DNA from: the human T2T-CHM13v2.0 reference genome, Homo sapiens
Assembly: GCF_009914755.1 (NCBI RefSeq)
Contig: NC_060925.1
Length of the DNA stretch: 64,000 bases
Direction: 5' to 3' (one strand)
The position numbers and the translations under genes were made by a program. The notes under the pieces are model-generated. The model made no database searches. It was not told the DNA's origin and saw only the letters and a program-made list of their open reading frames with translations. Below, one piece after another: positions 1 through 60,704 of the stretch (position 1 is the stretch's first letter; the number at the start of each line of letters is the position of its first letter).

Positions 1-1
1 C

Positions 2-334
<333 letters not shown>

Positions 335-553
335 TCACTCAGACTCCTTGAGTCAGTAATGAAAAGGTAGTAGATTAGAGGCTGGGCGCAGTGGCTCATG
401 CCTGTAATCCCAACACTTTGGGAGGCCGAGGTGGGCGGATCACAAGGTCAGGAGTTCAAGACCAGCCTGGCCAACATGGTGAAACACTGTCTCTACTAAA
501 AATACAAAAATTAGCTGGGCATGGTGGTGCATGCCTGTAATCCCAGCTACTCA

Positions 554-697
<144 letters not shown>

Positions 698-1330
698 CTA
701 AGATTTCCTCCAACTCTGCAATTCTAAAATGTACAACATGGGGAAGGAAGGTGATCAGTACAACTGTAAACAACTGCAATCCGGCCCTGAAGTTGAACAA
801 AACAAAACCTAGGGAGAGGAATGAGTTTGTAGCAGGTTTCAATGCAGCGATTGTGAACGCATCACACACACACTCCTCACAGGCAAGGACTTCGCTTCTG
901 CCATGTGACTGAGACTCTGTTGGACTTCTCCAAATTCAGAGTTCAGCCTGGCATGCCGGCCAGGAGCCCCTTGGAGAGATTCGGCGTGAGGAAACAGGAG
1001 GCCTCACGCTTCCTTCGGTTCTCCCTAAATCTGCTGGGCAGGTAGCCAGAAGAAACTCTGAAGGGTACAGAAAGCCAAGGGCCAGGGGGACCCCGGCTGC
1101 GGAGCTGCAGTACCGTGTTTACCCAGCCTAACTGCGGTCACCCAGTCTCCTGCATGTGTCTGAGGTCAGCCTCGGGGGCTCCCCTGAGTAGGTATCTACC
1201 TGAGGCTCTTCCCCTGATGCTACCTGCATACCAATTCCACCCAGGAACCTGGCGTCCTCAGGAGGCTGCACTTCCCAAGTGGGCTGAGACAGCCCCTTAA
1301 TATGTGGGGCTGGAGCCAGAGACCTCAAGG

Positions 1331-1382
1331 GGCCACTAGGGGGCTCGAGACTCTCAGTGGCTGCTGACGCCCTCTTGTGGCC
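1331..1382. promoter_or_regulatory. Two inward-facing CTCF-like motifs
   Basis: GGCCACTAGGGGGCTC (+, 1331-1346) and GGCCACAAGAGGGCGTC (-, 1382-1366). Confidence 0.6.
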
Positions 1383-1746
1383 ATTTTGGGGATTGGCCAG
1401 AAAAGTTTCAGAAGCGAGCCAAGATCGGAATTCTTAAGGAGGTAAGTAATAACAACAGTAACAGTTACCATATAACAATACTTATCGTTATATATTTGAT
1501 AACATTGTGACATTTCTACTTAACAGCGCTGTGCCCAGAACTCTTCTAAGTGCTTTATATGCACTGTAGTTATTTAATTCTCACAACAACCTATAACATA
1601 AACACTATTACTTGTCTGTTGATGATGAGGAAACTGAGCACAGAATAGTTGCCCAAGGTCACACAGAAGACCAGAATCCCGACTCTGAGAAGTCTGGCTC
1701 CAGAAGCTTTGCTTTTAGCCACCACGCTGAGACTGAGTTCCATTTT

Positions 1747-2556
<810 letters not shown>

Positions 2557-3769
2557 TGAGCCACCGTGCCTGGCCACATTACCTTATTTATTTATTTATT
2601 TATTTATTTTTATGAGTTCAATAGTTTTTGGGGACAAGGTGGTGTTTGGTTACATGGATAAGTTCTTTAGTGGACACATTACTTCATTTAATCATCCCAG
2701 GAAACCTGTCCTCGGAGGCCCCAGCATGTCCCACAGCCTCCGTCTCTCTCAATCCTCCCATTTAGAGAGCTGAAAGGACTAGCGAAGCTTACAGAACATA
2801 GGTGGCAGAGCTGGATATTGAACCCTCATTCTCCAGTTCTGACACAGGTGCATGTTTTCCTTTTAACAGGAGAGAAAAGTGAGGAGCAGTGATTACCGCC
2901 ACAGAAATATCCTTTCATGGCGTGTCCTCCGGCATGGTCTACTCAGTGTGGTGGAGCCACTGCAGGTCCCTCCTCCAGGGATGTAGGAATGCCAGTGAAG
3001 GCCTTCCTGAGTTGGGAGAGAGGCAGAGGAGTGAGTGGAGGCAGGGCTGTAGCTTCTGTGCCCCGCCCCTACCCAGGCTCTCCAGGGAGGCAGGAAAGAG
3101 GCTGTGTTTAGACCTGAGGGAGCCAGCTGTGAGGCTGGAGCAGTTGCTGCATGGCGGGGCGGGGGCTCCACAGGGCTGTTCACCTGCTGCTCTGTGCAGA
3201 GACAGCCTCAAGTCCAGCTGCTGGGGTTGCATCACCTGCAGCTAAAACAGCCACAGGGCCCAGGCTGCCAAAAGGCAACAGAAGCAATCTAAGAAACCAG
3301 GCAAGGGAGCCTCCCCCATCTCCCTGTTGCCTTTTGGGAGCATAGAGCTTCCCTCTGAAGGTAACACCCTTTGCATTTTTCTCTCTTGACTCTGTTCATC
3401 AACTTCCACTCCCAAATACTTGTGCCCTTCCTTCTCCACAGATATACACAATCCCTGGGCACTCTCCACCTAGGTCAGCTGGCTCTAGTAAGGCAGCAGT
3501 CAAGGGAGTTTCTGGGCTGGGACCCCCTCTGGGGTGCAGGCTGGGGTGCCCTGCTGGTATGTGCCCCAACAGGTTTTTCCCTATCAGCCTTGAAATCAGC
3601 CTGCAGCCTGTCTGACCTGCCCCCCAGGGAGCTGGAGCCAGAGGCAGAGCCAGGTCAGAAGCTGGGGCAGAGCCAGGTCAGAAGCTGGACTTTGAGACTA
3701 GGTCTCTGTGGTCCCACCTGGACCCACAGGGAAGGCAGTGCATAAAAGCCTCCTGTGTTTGAGGCTGAG

Positions 3770-4072
3770 CCGCTGAGAGGCTGAGTGGAGTTCACTCACA
3801 TGGATTGAGGCCCAGTTCCTGGGAGAAGAGATGCTGGGCAGGAAGGTGTCTGCATGTGGGACTCTGTACAGCCCGGTCCTCTCCCACGTCTGGGAGGGGC
3901 CAGAGTCAGACAACTGCTGGGTTCGTCCCTAAGAGAGGTCATCTGACTGGCTGTTCAGCCTAGGCTGCACACACCCCCACTTTCCTCTACCAGGCCACAC
4001 CGGAGGCAGTGCTCACACAGGCAAGCTACCAGGCCACAACAACGACACCCACCTCACCTCTGGCACCTCTGA
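3770..4072 (+). other. ANXA9: ANXA9 non-coding exon 1 (5' start approximate)
   Basis: Ends at donor GA|GTAAGT (4073); TATA-like CATAAAA at 3741-3747; TSS inferred, not observed. Confidence 0.6.
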
Positions 4073-4179
4073 GTAAGTACTGGGCCCACGGCCCCATGCC
4101 AGGAGGGCTTGTTGATTGCTTGGGGGAGGGAAAAATGAGTTTTCCTTTTCCAACATGAGAGTGCCTCCTTTCTGTCCAG

Positions 4180-4276
4180 GCATCCACGTACTTGCAAGAA
4201 CTCTTGCTCACATCAGCTAAGAGATTGCACCTGCTGACCTAGAGATTCCGGCCTGTGCTCCTGTGCTGCTGAGCAG
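4180..4276 (+). other. ANXA9: ANXA9 non-coding exon 2
   Basis: Acceptor cctttctgtccag|G and donor CAG|GTAGGC; joins exon 1 to the ATG exon (acceptor at 4783). Confidence 0.7.
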
Positions 4277-4798
4277 GTAGGCAGCTGTACAGGCAGGAAT
4301 TGAGGGTTGCTTGTCAGCTGGGGCTGCCGGTGGGGGAAGATGCTATTTCGAGTTGTCTTCCACTCTGCGTGGTTAATCCTGCCACCTCACCTCAGCTCCC
4401 CTGCACTGCCCAGGAGACCCCAGCCAGGCCCAGGAAGGAGGGCCATAGACCTCAGAAGGGAGGCATCTACCGCGGACCAAGGCCTGAGGAGCTTTGGTGC
4501 TGACCCTGGCATCAGGGAGGGTTGGCGCCTGGTCCAGGAGCATTCCGCATCAATCCCCACTTCCTAAAGGAGTGGGGAGAGGTGGGGAAGGTGGGGGCTC
4601 CCCTCTTACCTCACCATTTCAGCTCCATTTCTGGCTCCAAGCCTAAGCAGGTTGATCTTTTTTTCTGCAGCAAGGAAAGGAACAGGTGACTGGAACCCAG
4701 GGTCCAGGGTCTCGGGGGGGTCATAAGGAGTCCCTGAAGGGCCAGGAAATTCAGCTCTGTGGGCTCCTGTTTCCTTCCCCAGGGCAACCAGTAGCACC

Positions 4799-17017
<12,219 letters not shown>

Positions 17018-17816
17018 GACTTCCCTGCCCCACCCCACATGACATCCGAGGATCTGAGATTTCCGTGTTTGGCTGAACCTGGGAGACCAGCTGGGCCTCC
17101 AAGTAGGATAACCCCTCACTGAGCACCACATTCTCTAGCTTCTTGTTGAGGCTGGAACTGTTTCTTTAAAATCCCTTAATTTTCCCATCTCAAAATTATA
17201 TCTGTACCTGGGTCATCCAGCTCCTTCTTGGGTGTGGGGAAATGAGTTTTCTTTGATAGTTTCTGCCTCACTCATCCCTCCTGTACCCTGGCCAGAACAT
17301 CTCACTGATACTCGAATTCTTTTGGCAAACTTCGCTGTTGTTTGTGTTCCCTGATTGAAGGTTGGGTGGAGCAGGACATGGACCGGGAAGAGGCACTGGA
17401 GTTGGAGGTGCCTTTGATGTGCACTTGGCTATTCCGCAGGAATCCTGTTTTGCCTTAGTGCTACAGTAATCCACACCCAGGTCTCCCACTCCAGGTCTCC
17501 CCTCACCCTCATTCTCCAGGAAACTTCAGGCAAAATAATTGAGAAACAGGCATTAGAACAAGGTGAGAAATAGAGGGAGCAAAGGACCATCTGTATGAAC
17601 TGGGAAGCAAGCGGAGGGCCAAGCTACCCTCCCCAGCATGGGAATTCTTGGGTTAGTGGAGAGCACAACCCTCAAATTCATGTGTCCAAGCAGAGATTTG
17701 GAAACCCACCTCCCAGGAGAGCACTATTTCCCATAGAAAACAAAAACAAAAACAGAAACAAAAACAAAAAGTCAGGCTTTGGTTCCCCCTGCAGGCTATA
17801 TTAGAAATGACAGGTA

Positions 17817-18538
<722 letters not shown>

Positions 18539-18544
18539 AGAAGT

Positions 18545-18550
18545 TTTATT
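18545..18550 (-). terminator. MINDY1: MINDY1 polyadenylation signal AATAAA
   Basis: TTTATT on + strand ~430 nt downstream of the stop codon. Confidence 0.7.
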
Positions 18551-18981
18551 TCCAAACCCCAGGAAGGCATTACAAATAAGAGATAGAAACCCAAATTAAG
18601 CTCTGAAACAACTGGAGACAGGCCTGCCTAGGTGATCAGGAGCATCCAGGCAGCAGGGATGGGAAGCAGAAGAGATGCATTCTGGATAGGGACCTCACCC
18701 CAGAGCCTCAGTCTGTACATACGTGTGACTATTCAGGGACCGGGAGTTGAGAACCAGAAACCCACCAATCCTAGTGTTGCCCTGGGTGGGAGGCAGAGAA
18801 GGCAGCAGCACGTGAGGTCAAGGACATTACCAAGTCTGACCTTGGCATTTGTTGCCTGCTCTCATCCCCAACAGTCCATAAATAAGTTATCCAGCACATC
18901 TCAGGGGTGGAGGCGGGGGAGCAAGCCAACTAGCCATAGCCTCTGGAAGAAGGGGCAGGCCAGCCTGGCACTGGGGCAGAG

Positions 18982-24312
<5,331 letters not shown>

Positions 24313-25580
24313 GGTCAAAAGGGACTCGGCTGAGGGGCACTGAAGGTGTTTACTAACCTCAGGGACTTGCCTAAGCCAGGCTTGGGATGCAAAAGAGTGA
24401 CCTGTCCAATAAGAAGGAAATCAGTGGGCTGGAAAGCAAACTAACCCAGAAAAGTCTTGGAAAAGGAATGTAGTGTAGAAGGCTGGCTAGTGTTTGTGCA
24501 GTAACTCCTGGCTATGGGCAGTATATGTGTAAACAGAAGGGCCCCGTGCTGAGCTCTTTCCACCTCTAACTTGCTGTGACCAGATGAGACCAAGAGGTCG
24601 TGGGGCTTCCAGACTTGGGAGGGAAGACTGGTGGGATTGAACACATGGGTGGAGTCAGCTTCCCTGAAACAGATCATGACAGGGAAGGGAGGAAAGACAG
24701 AGAGAAAGGGAGAGCACAAAGGAGAAAGAAGGATAAGAGGTGGAGAAAGAAATGTTAAATCTACGCTAATGGTTATTAATATGATGATCTTTAGCTTACT
24801 CTAATAGGCATCACATCAGTAACCCCCTCATAGCCATGACAGAGATAATTCCTCTGCCCTACCCCACACCCTGCCCCTTCACACAACATACTAAGAATAC
24901 ACAGTGCTTGTATGTTTAGGGATACCTTCTCTCTGCCTCACCCAAGGATAAAAAGATTAAGTCACATAGTACTTGGGGTGAAGAATGGAGGAGGCACAGA
25001 GAGTCAGTTTCATGCCCCTAAAGGTGAAATGCTGGTGAGGAAGGGGAAGTCTTCCACCTCAAAGGGCTCTACTGAACCTTACACAATCCCAAACCACAGT
25101 ATAAAGGCCTTGGGAGGGGTTTCCTGTAAGCTGGGAGGGGAAATGTAGGTGGTGGGGGCTGGAATCAGAGACTGGTTTTGATAAATAACTTCAGATTAGG
25201 GGCACAAAAAGCACTCCCCACAAGTTCTTCCAGTAAGCTTCTCTTTAAAAAAAATTAATAAAGATATCAAATTTCTTTTAATTAAACTGAGACAGGGTCT
25301 TGCTTTGTTGCCTAGGCTGGTCTCAACTCCTGGGGGCCCAAGCAATCCGCCCTCCTCAGCCTGCCAAAGGACTGGGATTACAGGCATGAGCCACGGTGCC
25401 TGGACCCAGTAAGCATCTCTTGACAGCTAGCGTTGAGACAGCAACTTTTCCTCAGTTCATTTTTTTTCCCCAGAAACTACCTAAACCCAGAGGTACTCTC
25501 TTGCCTGCTATTTCTATGAAATATGAAAATGCTGATTATTAATTTACATAACAATACTTCCTGTACATTCACCTACCTAA

Positions 25581-25987
<407 letters not shown>

Positions 25988-26425
25988 TGAGGCAAGCACA
26001 GATAGACATTTAACTAATACTGTGGGTATAAATAATAAAAAACCACAAATCCTGCCCTTTGGAAAACATCTCCCTTCAATCTCCTTGCTCCCCTCCCACT
26101 CTTTATCAGGGAGAGAAACAGGGAGAAATTAAACTAGTTAGGGGCCAGGCGCGGTGGCTCACGCCTGTAATCCCAGCACTTTGAGAGGCTGAGGCGGGCA
26201 GATTACTTGAGGTCAGGAGATCGAGACCATCCTGGCTAACATGGCAAAACGCTGTCTGTATTGAAAGTACAAAAATTAGCCAGGTGTGTTGGCACGTGCC
26301 TGTAGTCACAGCTGCTCGGGAGGCTGAGGTGGGAGAATTGCTTGAACCTGGGAGGCAGGGGGTTGCAGTGAGCTGAGATGGTGACACTGCACTACAGCCT
26401 GGGTGACAGAGCGAAACTCCATCTC

Positions 26426-26479
26426 AAAAATAAAATAAAATAAAATAAAATAAAATAAAATAAAATAAAATAAAATAAA
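26426..26479 (+). repeat. (AAAAT)n microsatellite in Alu tail
   Basis: About 11 perfect AAAAT units. Confidence 0.9.
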
Positions 26480-26955
26480 TTAAACTAGTTAGAAATCTTG
26501 TCTTTTCTCCACCCTCCTCCCAGCCTGAGACTGCTTCCTTCTTGTAAACCTACAGGAATTTGGGGCTAGGGGAAGGCCTGGGAGATGAGGTTGAGGAACA
26601 TTAAAGTTACTGAAACAAAATAAGCCTAGTCACTCAAATTGATTATCCTCTTGATTCACATATGTTTATGCTAGCTGCATATCATTTACGTGTTGTTAAT
26701 TTAGAATCAGAGTAGCAAAAATTGCCTGCAGGCCTTATGCTTTTTTTTCTCTCTCTTTCTCTCTCTCCTTTCCTTCTCCCCTTAAATGACACTTAGGGTG
26801 AACCTCAAAGCAGATGCCAGAGCCTGGAAAAGTGAAAAAGCTTGAAGAAAAGCAGGCCTTGGCCGGGCACAGTGCCTCACACCTGTATCCCAGCACTTTG
26901 AGAGGCCGAGGCGGGCGGATCACCTGAGGTCAGGAGCTCAAGATCGGCCTGGCTA

Positions 26956-27195
<240 letters not shown>

Positions 27196-28001
27196 TTATA
27201 TTTTCTCTCCAGTGCCAGAAATGATCAATGATGAAGTGGGGGTTGGGCAGCTAGCTGGCTGGAGAGGTGAGCCAAAGGAACCCAGGAGTGGACACCTGAG
27301 GGAGTGGGGTCTCAGAGGAACTGGGCAGAGCTAAATGGGCTAAGTCTTAAGAGGCAGGGGCAGGAAATGTAATGGAGGCTTTCTACTCTACAACGTCCAA
27401 TCCTGCTGGGGAGGGCATGGAGTATTTCAGAGTAGGAAAGAATGAGGGAGAGGATAGTCAGATAAATCAAAGTTTCATTCTTTTCCTCCTCTTTCTTAGC
27501 TCGTCAAATCCTACACTTTCTCTCCAGCTGGAATTATGGTGGTGAGTGAGGGAGTTAAAATAATCCTGGCTCCTCCCTAATCAATGGCAGTAGAGAGCCG
27601 AAAGTTGGAAGAAGCACGTAAAACAGGTATGTAGCTTCAAGAAGACACTCCTTCTCTGTAGGAACAGTTCCCTTACTGTCTCACACCAATCTCCTTCTTA
27701 GTCTGACCTATGTCTTTGTGCAATCAATAGTTTAGATTTTCATCTCAGAATATGTCAACCATGGCCACAGTGCCCTGTATACTTGCTCACAAGGAGAGGG
27801 GGAAGGTTTCGTGCTTTCATTAAAAGGAGGAGGACCAAGCAGCATCCCCTTTACATGTCTCTCCTGACTTAGCTCCTCTAAGCAATCCAGACTTGCAGAC
27901 CAAAGGTGGAAGGACAGCAGGTGTCAGCTCCCCAAAGCTGGAGAGGAAATAGAGAAGGGTGGGAGAAGAGGTGAAGAAGATGATTAAAATAAAGTTTTTA
28001 C

Positions 28002-28190
28002 CTTAAAGAAGGGGGTGCTGTTCCAAGATTGAGAAGGAGGGTTCAGCCGTGGCAATGAGATGGGGGAGATAGGTGCAATGAAGGGGGCTGCCAGTGCCAG
28101 CTGCCTTCCAGCTGTCAACGCCTGAGCTTATACAGGTTTACACAGCTTTATAAGCGACGGTCCAGGCTGGGTTGTGGCCACTTCCGGACT
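28002..28190 (-). promoter_or_regulatory. MINDY1: Probable alternative MINDY1 promoter and non-coding first exon
   Basis: Minus-strand TATAAA (28147-28152), ETS site CACTTCCGG (28179-28187), donor AAG|GTAAAA after 28002. Confidence 0.55.
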
Positions 28191-28976
28191 CACGCCCAGT
28201 ACTGGGGGCACTGGAGGAGGGTGAAGGCAGGCAGGGACACAGCCAAGGTGCTCCAGGTCGCTCAGAGAGTCTTCAGGATTCCTGAGTCGCCGAGTCTATG
28301 GCATGCGCTCCGGGCCCTGACTACAAGCTGGTTTTCAAAGGAAGTTTGTGGTTTTTCTTTTCTTCTCTCTCTCTTTTTTGTTCTCATCAGGACGAAGAAA
28401 AATTAGGCAAGGACAAGCTCCCTGGAGGAGGAGGGGCCTGCCCAGCGCTGGTGGATTTCCATCAGGACTTTCTGACCCGGTCAGCAGCTTTGTGATCAGC
28501 AGAGAGGGAGCGAGAAACAGGAGAGAAAAACAACAGACCCTTTCTCTTCCCTCTGCCTGCCTCTAGAAGGGACGGAGCGCTTGTGCCTCTCTGGTGAGAA
28601 TAGGGAAGAGCAAGTGCCCTTGCTAAGTAGGGAGGAGAAGGGCTGGACAGAAGCAGCTTGTTGGATCTGGGCTCTCTCTCTGGGTATGGCAGTCCTTTGC
28701 TCTGGATCCACAGAAGCAGGAGCAAAGAGCACGATATTTGCATGTATTACTCAATTAATGTTAAAAACAAACAAACAAACCCAGCTCTTTTCCCTCTGGA
28801 GCCCTCCAGAGAGCTCCTTTCCAAGTCCTTGCTGTATCATTTTTAAGTCTAGAAATGAAACTGGTTGGGTTGTGCACCTGGTAGAGTGCAGAGGGTGTGG
28901 TAGAAGCCCCAGGCTCTGGGCGCGATGGCTGACGCCTGTAATCCCAGCACTTTGGGAAGCCAAGGCGGGCGGATCA

Positions 28977-29288
<312 letters not shown>

Positions 29289-30322
29289 TCACCTCCTCTC
29301 GATTTACAGCTGGGGAAGCAGGAAAAGCTGGTGTGAGGCTGACGGTAGGAAATAAAGGGATAGATAAATAAATGAGGGAATTTTTGATGATGAGTGTCCA
29401 TTTATTTGCAGTACCTGCACTACTCTGCGGCTGGAAAGTGGCAGTTAAGGGAGGTTGGAACCTAACTCCACATTCTGAAGGGTTCCCTAAACTCCATGTA
29501 CAGGGCCGCCACAGGATGAAATTTCAAGCAACTCTAAAGGCTGAAAGAGCAATTGGAACAATTAGGGTGGCAGAGAGCAAAAAGCCAAGGTTACAACCGT
29601 CCAAGAAAGGAAGAAGATATTTGCCGAGGCTGTAGAAAAAAACAGGCTACAGAGTTGCAAAGGGAGAAGCAGCAGGAGTTGGCAGGAGACTGTAGGTGTT
29701 AACAAGAGGGGTCAAAGATTATTCTAATGTTCTCCTAACATGAACAACCACAAAATTGGTGGCGATTGAGTCAGTTTGGTAAAGGGCAGAATTTGTAGAA
29801 AGAAGATGATCTGTTTTGCCAAGTGTCATTTAAAATGTCACCAGATGCTCGGTGTGATATATGTAAAGATGTTATACTTGGCCTGATCTGAGAGGGAAAG
29901 TTCAGATGCCACAATAATGGGTTACTGTGACACATACACATTTGTTTACCGAACGACTGATCCCTCAGAAAACAATCCTTCCCTCGGTTGCTAGGGACAT
30001 TGCGGAGTTGCGGGACTACGTTTCCCACGTCGCCCCACGCCACGCCCCCTTGGCCTCGCCGGAAAGACGTCCCAGGAGCCTCTGGGCGTAGAGCCCCGCC
30101 TCCGCCGCTGGGGGCGGGGCGACGCCGGACTCCGGAGCGCCCGCTTACGCAGTTCCTCCCGGGGTCGGAGGCCGATTCGCCGTGTGGCGGGTTCGAGTCC
30201 CGCCTCCTGACTCTGGCCTCTAGTCCCTGAGTCCCGGGCGGGCTGCATTCGTCGGGGAAACCTCTCCTCGACCAGGGGCACCTCTACTCGACCAGGGGCG
30301 ACGGCGTACTTTGGGCTTCATC

Positions 30323-55929
<25,607 letters not shown>

Positions 55930-57387
55930 CTGTTGAGAGGCGAGGAGGTAGTGGGTGAGGCTACCTGACTCACTTCAAATGCATGTTTTGAGATGTTTGG
56001 AGATTCAGCAATTCTGTCTTCATTGCTCCAGGATCTGGTATACTGTTCTCATAAAACTGAGAGGAGAAAAAAAGTGAAAGAAAGCAGCTGCTTTAAGAAT
56101 GGTTTTCCACCTTTTCCCCCTAATCTCTACCAATCAGACACATTTTATTATTTAAATCTGCACCTCTCTCTATTTTATTTGCCAGGGGCACGATGTGACA
56201 TATCTGCAGTCCCAGCACAGTGGGACAAAAAGAATTTAGACCCCAAAAGTGTCCTCGGCATGGATCTTGAACAGAACCAGTATCTGTCATGGAACTGAAC
56301 ATTCATCGATGGTCTCCATGTATTCATTTATTCACTTGTTCATTCAAGTATTTATTGAATACCTGCCTCAAGCTAGAGAGAAAAGAGAGTGCGCTTTGGA
56401 AATTTATTCCAGTTTTCAGCCTACAGCAGATTATCAGCTCGGTGACTTTTCTTTCTGCCACCATTTAGGTGATGGTGTTTGATTCAGAGATGGCTGAATT
56501 TCTATTCTTAGCTTATTGTGACTGTTTCAGATCTAGTTTGGGAACAGATTAGAGGCCATTGTCTTCTGTCCTGATCAGGTGGCCTGGCTGTTTCTTTGGA
56601 TCCCTCTGTCCCAGAGCCACCCAGAACCCTGACTCTTGAGAATCAAGAAAACACCCAGAAAGGCCTTAATGACCTCATAGGCACTCTTCCAAAAAGACAA
56701 CAGAACTGGAATGAGAGGCCTGGGTCTGTCTCCTGCCTTAGCAGGCCTATCAATTTCTTGTCAATCTCTTTTTTTCCTTGCTCACATTAAAAGGAAGCAT
56801 GGAGTTCTAATGCTCCCATAAACTATGTATTTTGGCAAGACACTTCACTACTCCAGGTCTCACTTTCCCCATCTGTAAAACAGGGTTTGGACTAGGTGTT
56901 CCCTGGTATTCTGTGATCTGCCTCTTGCTGCCATTCTTTCTCTCCTCTGCTTCTCTGTATTTTTCTTCTGTTATCCCTGGGGGTGCTCAGGTTCACTTGA
57001 TTGTCTGTATTTCTGTGTGGTTGTAGCAAGGACTCAGCCTCATGTAGCACGAATAGGGGTGTGGTTCATGGCGTGTTGACCCAGCAGAGCACTCCCTCCC
57101 ACTAACTTGTTCTGCATGTGTAGAGTCTCCCCATTTTTTTTAACGCAACCCTTTCCCCTTTTTCCTACCCCACAGCTCTGTTCCATGTAAGTTGCCAACA
57201 GTTTCACTGAACAGTGGGGTATGTGATGGTTTTGGCATGACATCTTCAGTATGAGGGGGACAGTTTGACTTCACTTTGAGGGTGTGATGTCTGTAGCTAT
57301 GTGGAAGGTAAAAATAGTGGTGTGATCATGAACCAAAGGAATTTATGTTTTGTAACTTGGGTACTTTATTTTGCATTTTGTTATACT

Positions 57388-57393
57388 ATTAAA
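57388..57393 (+). terminator. PRUNE1: PRUNE1 distal polyadenylation signal ATTAAA
   Basis: ATTAAA with U-rich upstream and GU/U-rich downstream sequence; a second ATTAAA at 56786-56791. Confidence 0.65.
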
Positions 57394-57544
57394 TAATTTT
57401 TTCCTGTTTGGGGGTCTTACTGTCTTTTTTTACAAGTGTATTCAGGCCTTTCTCTGTGATAGTTGTTTCAGTCTCCTCAAAATTGATCCCCCTTCTTCCT
57501 ACTATACTTAATGTCTTCTTTCTGTTGACTCTTTTTGGGAATAA

Positions 57545-58316
<772 letters not shown>

Positions 58317-58414
58317 TGAGACAGAAAAGAGGTAAGGAAGTGTTGGGGGCTGGGACAACCAGCTCCCCAACAACTCCTAGGTGTTTAAAGAAGGAGGCAG
58401 GAAGACTTGTGAAG

Positions 58415-60704
<2,290 letters not shown>

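Noticed and set aside
2889-3745. Overlapping 60-124 aa ORFs upstream of ANXA9
   Set aside because: GC-rich promoter/enhancer DNA with chance ORFs on both strands; no splice or domain support.
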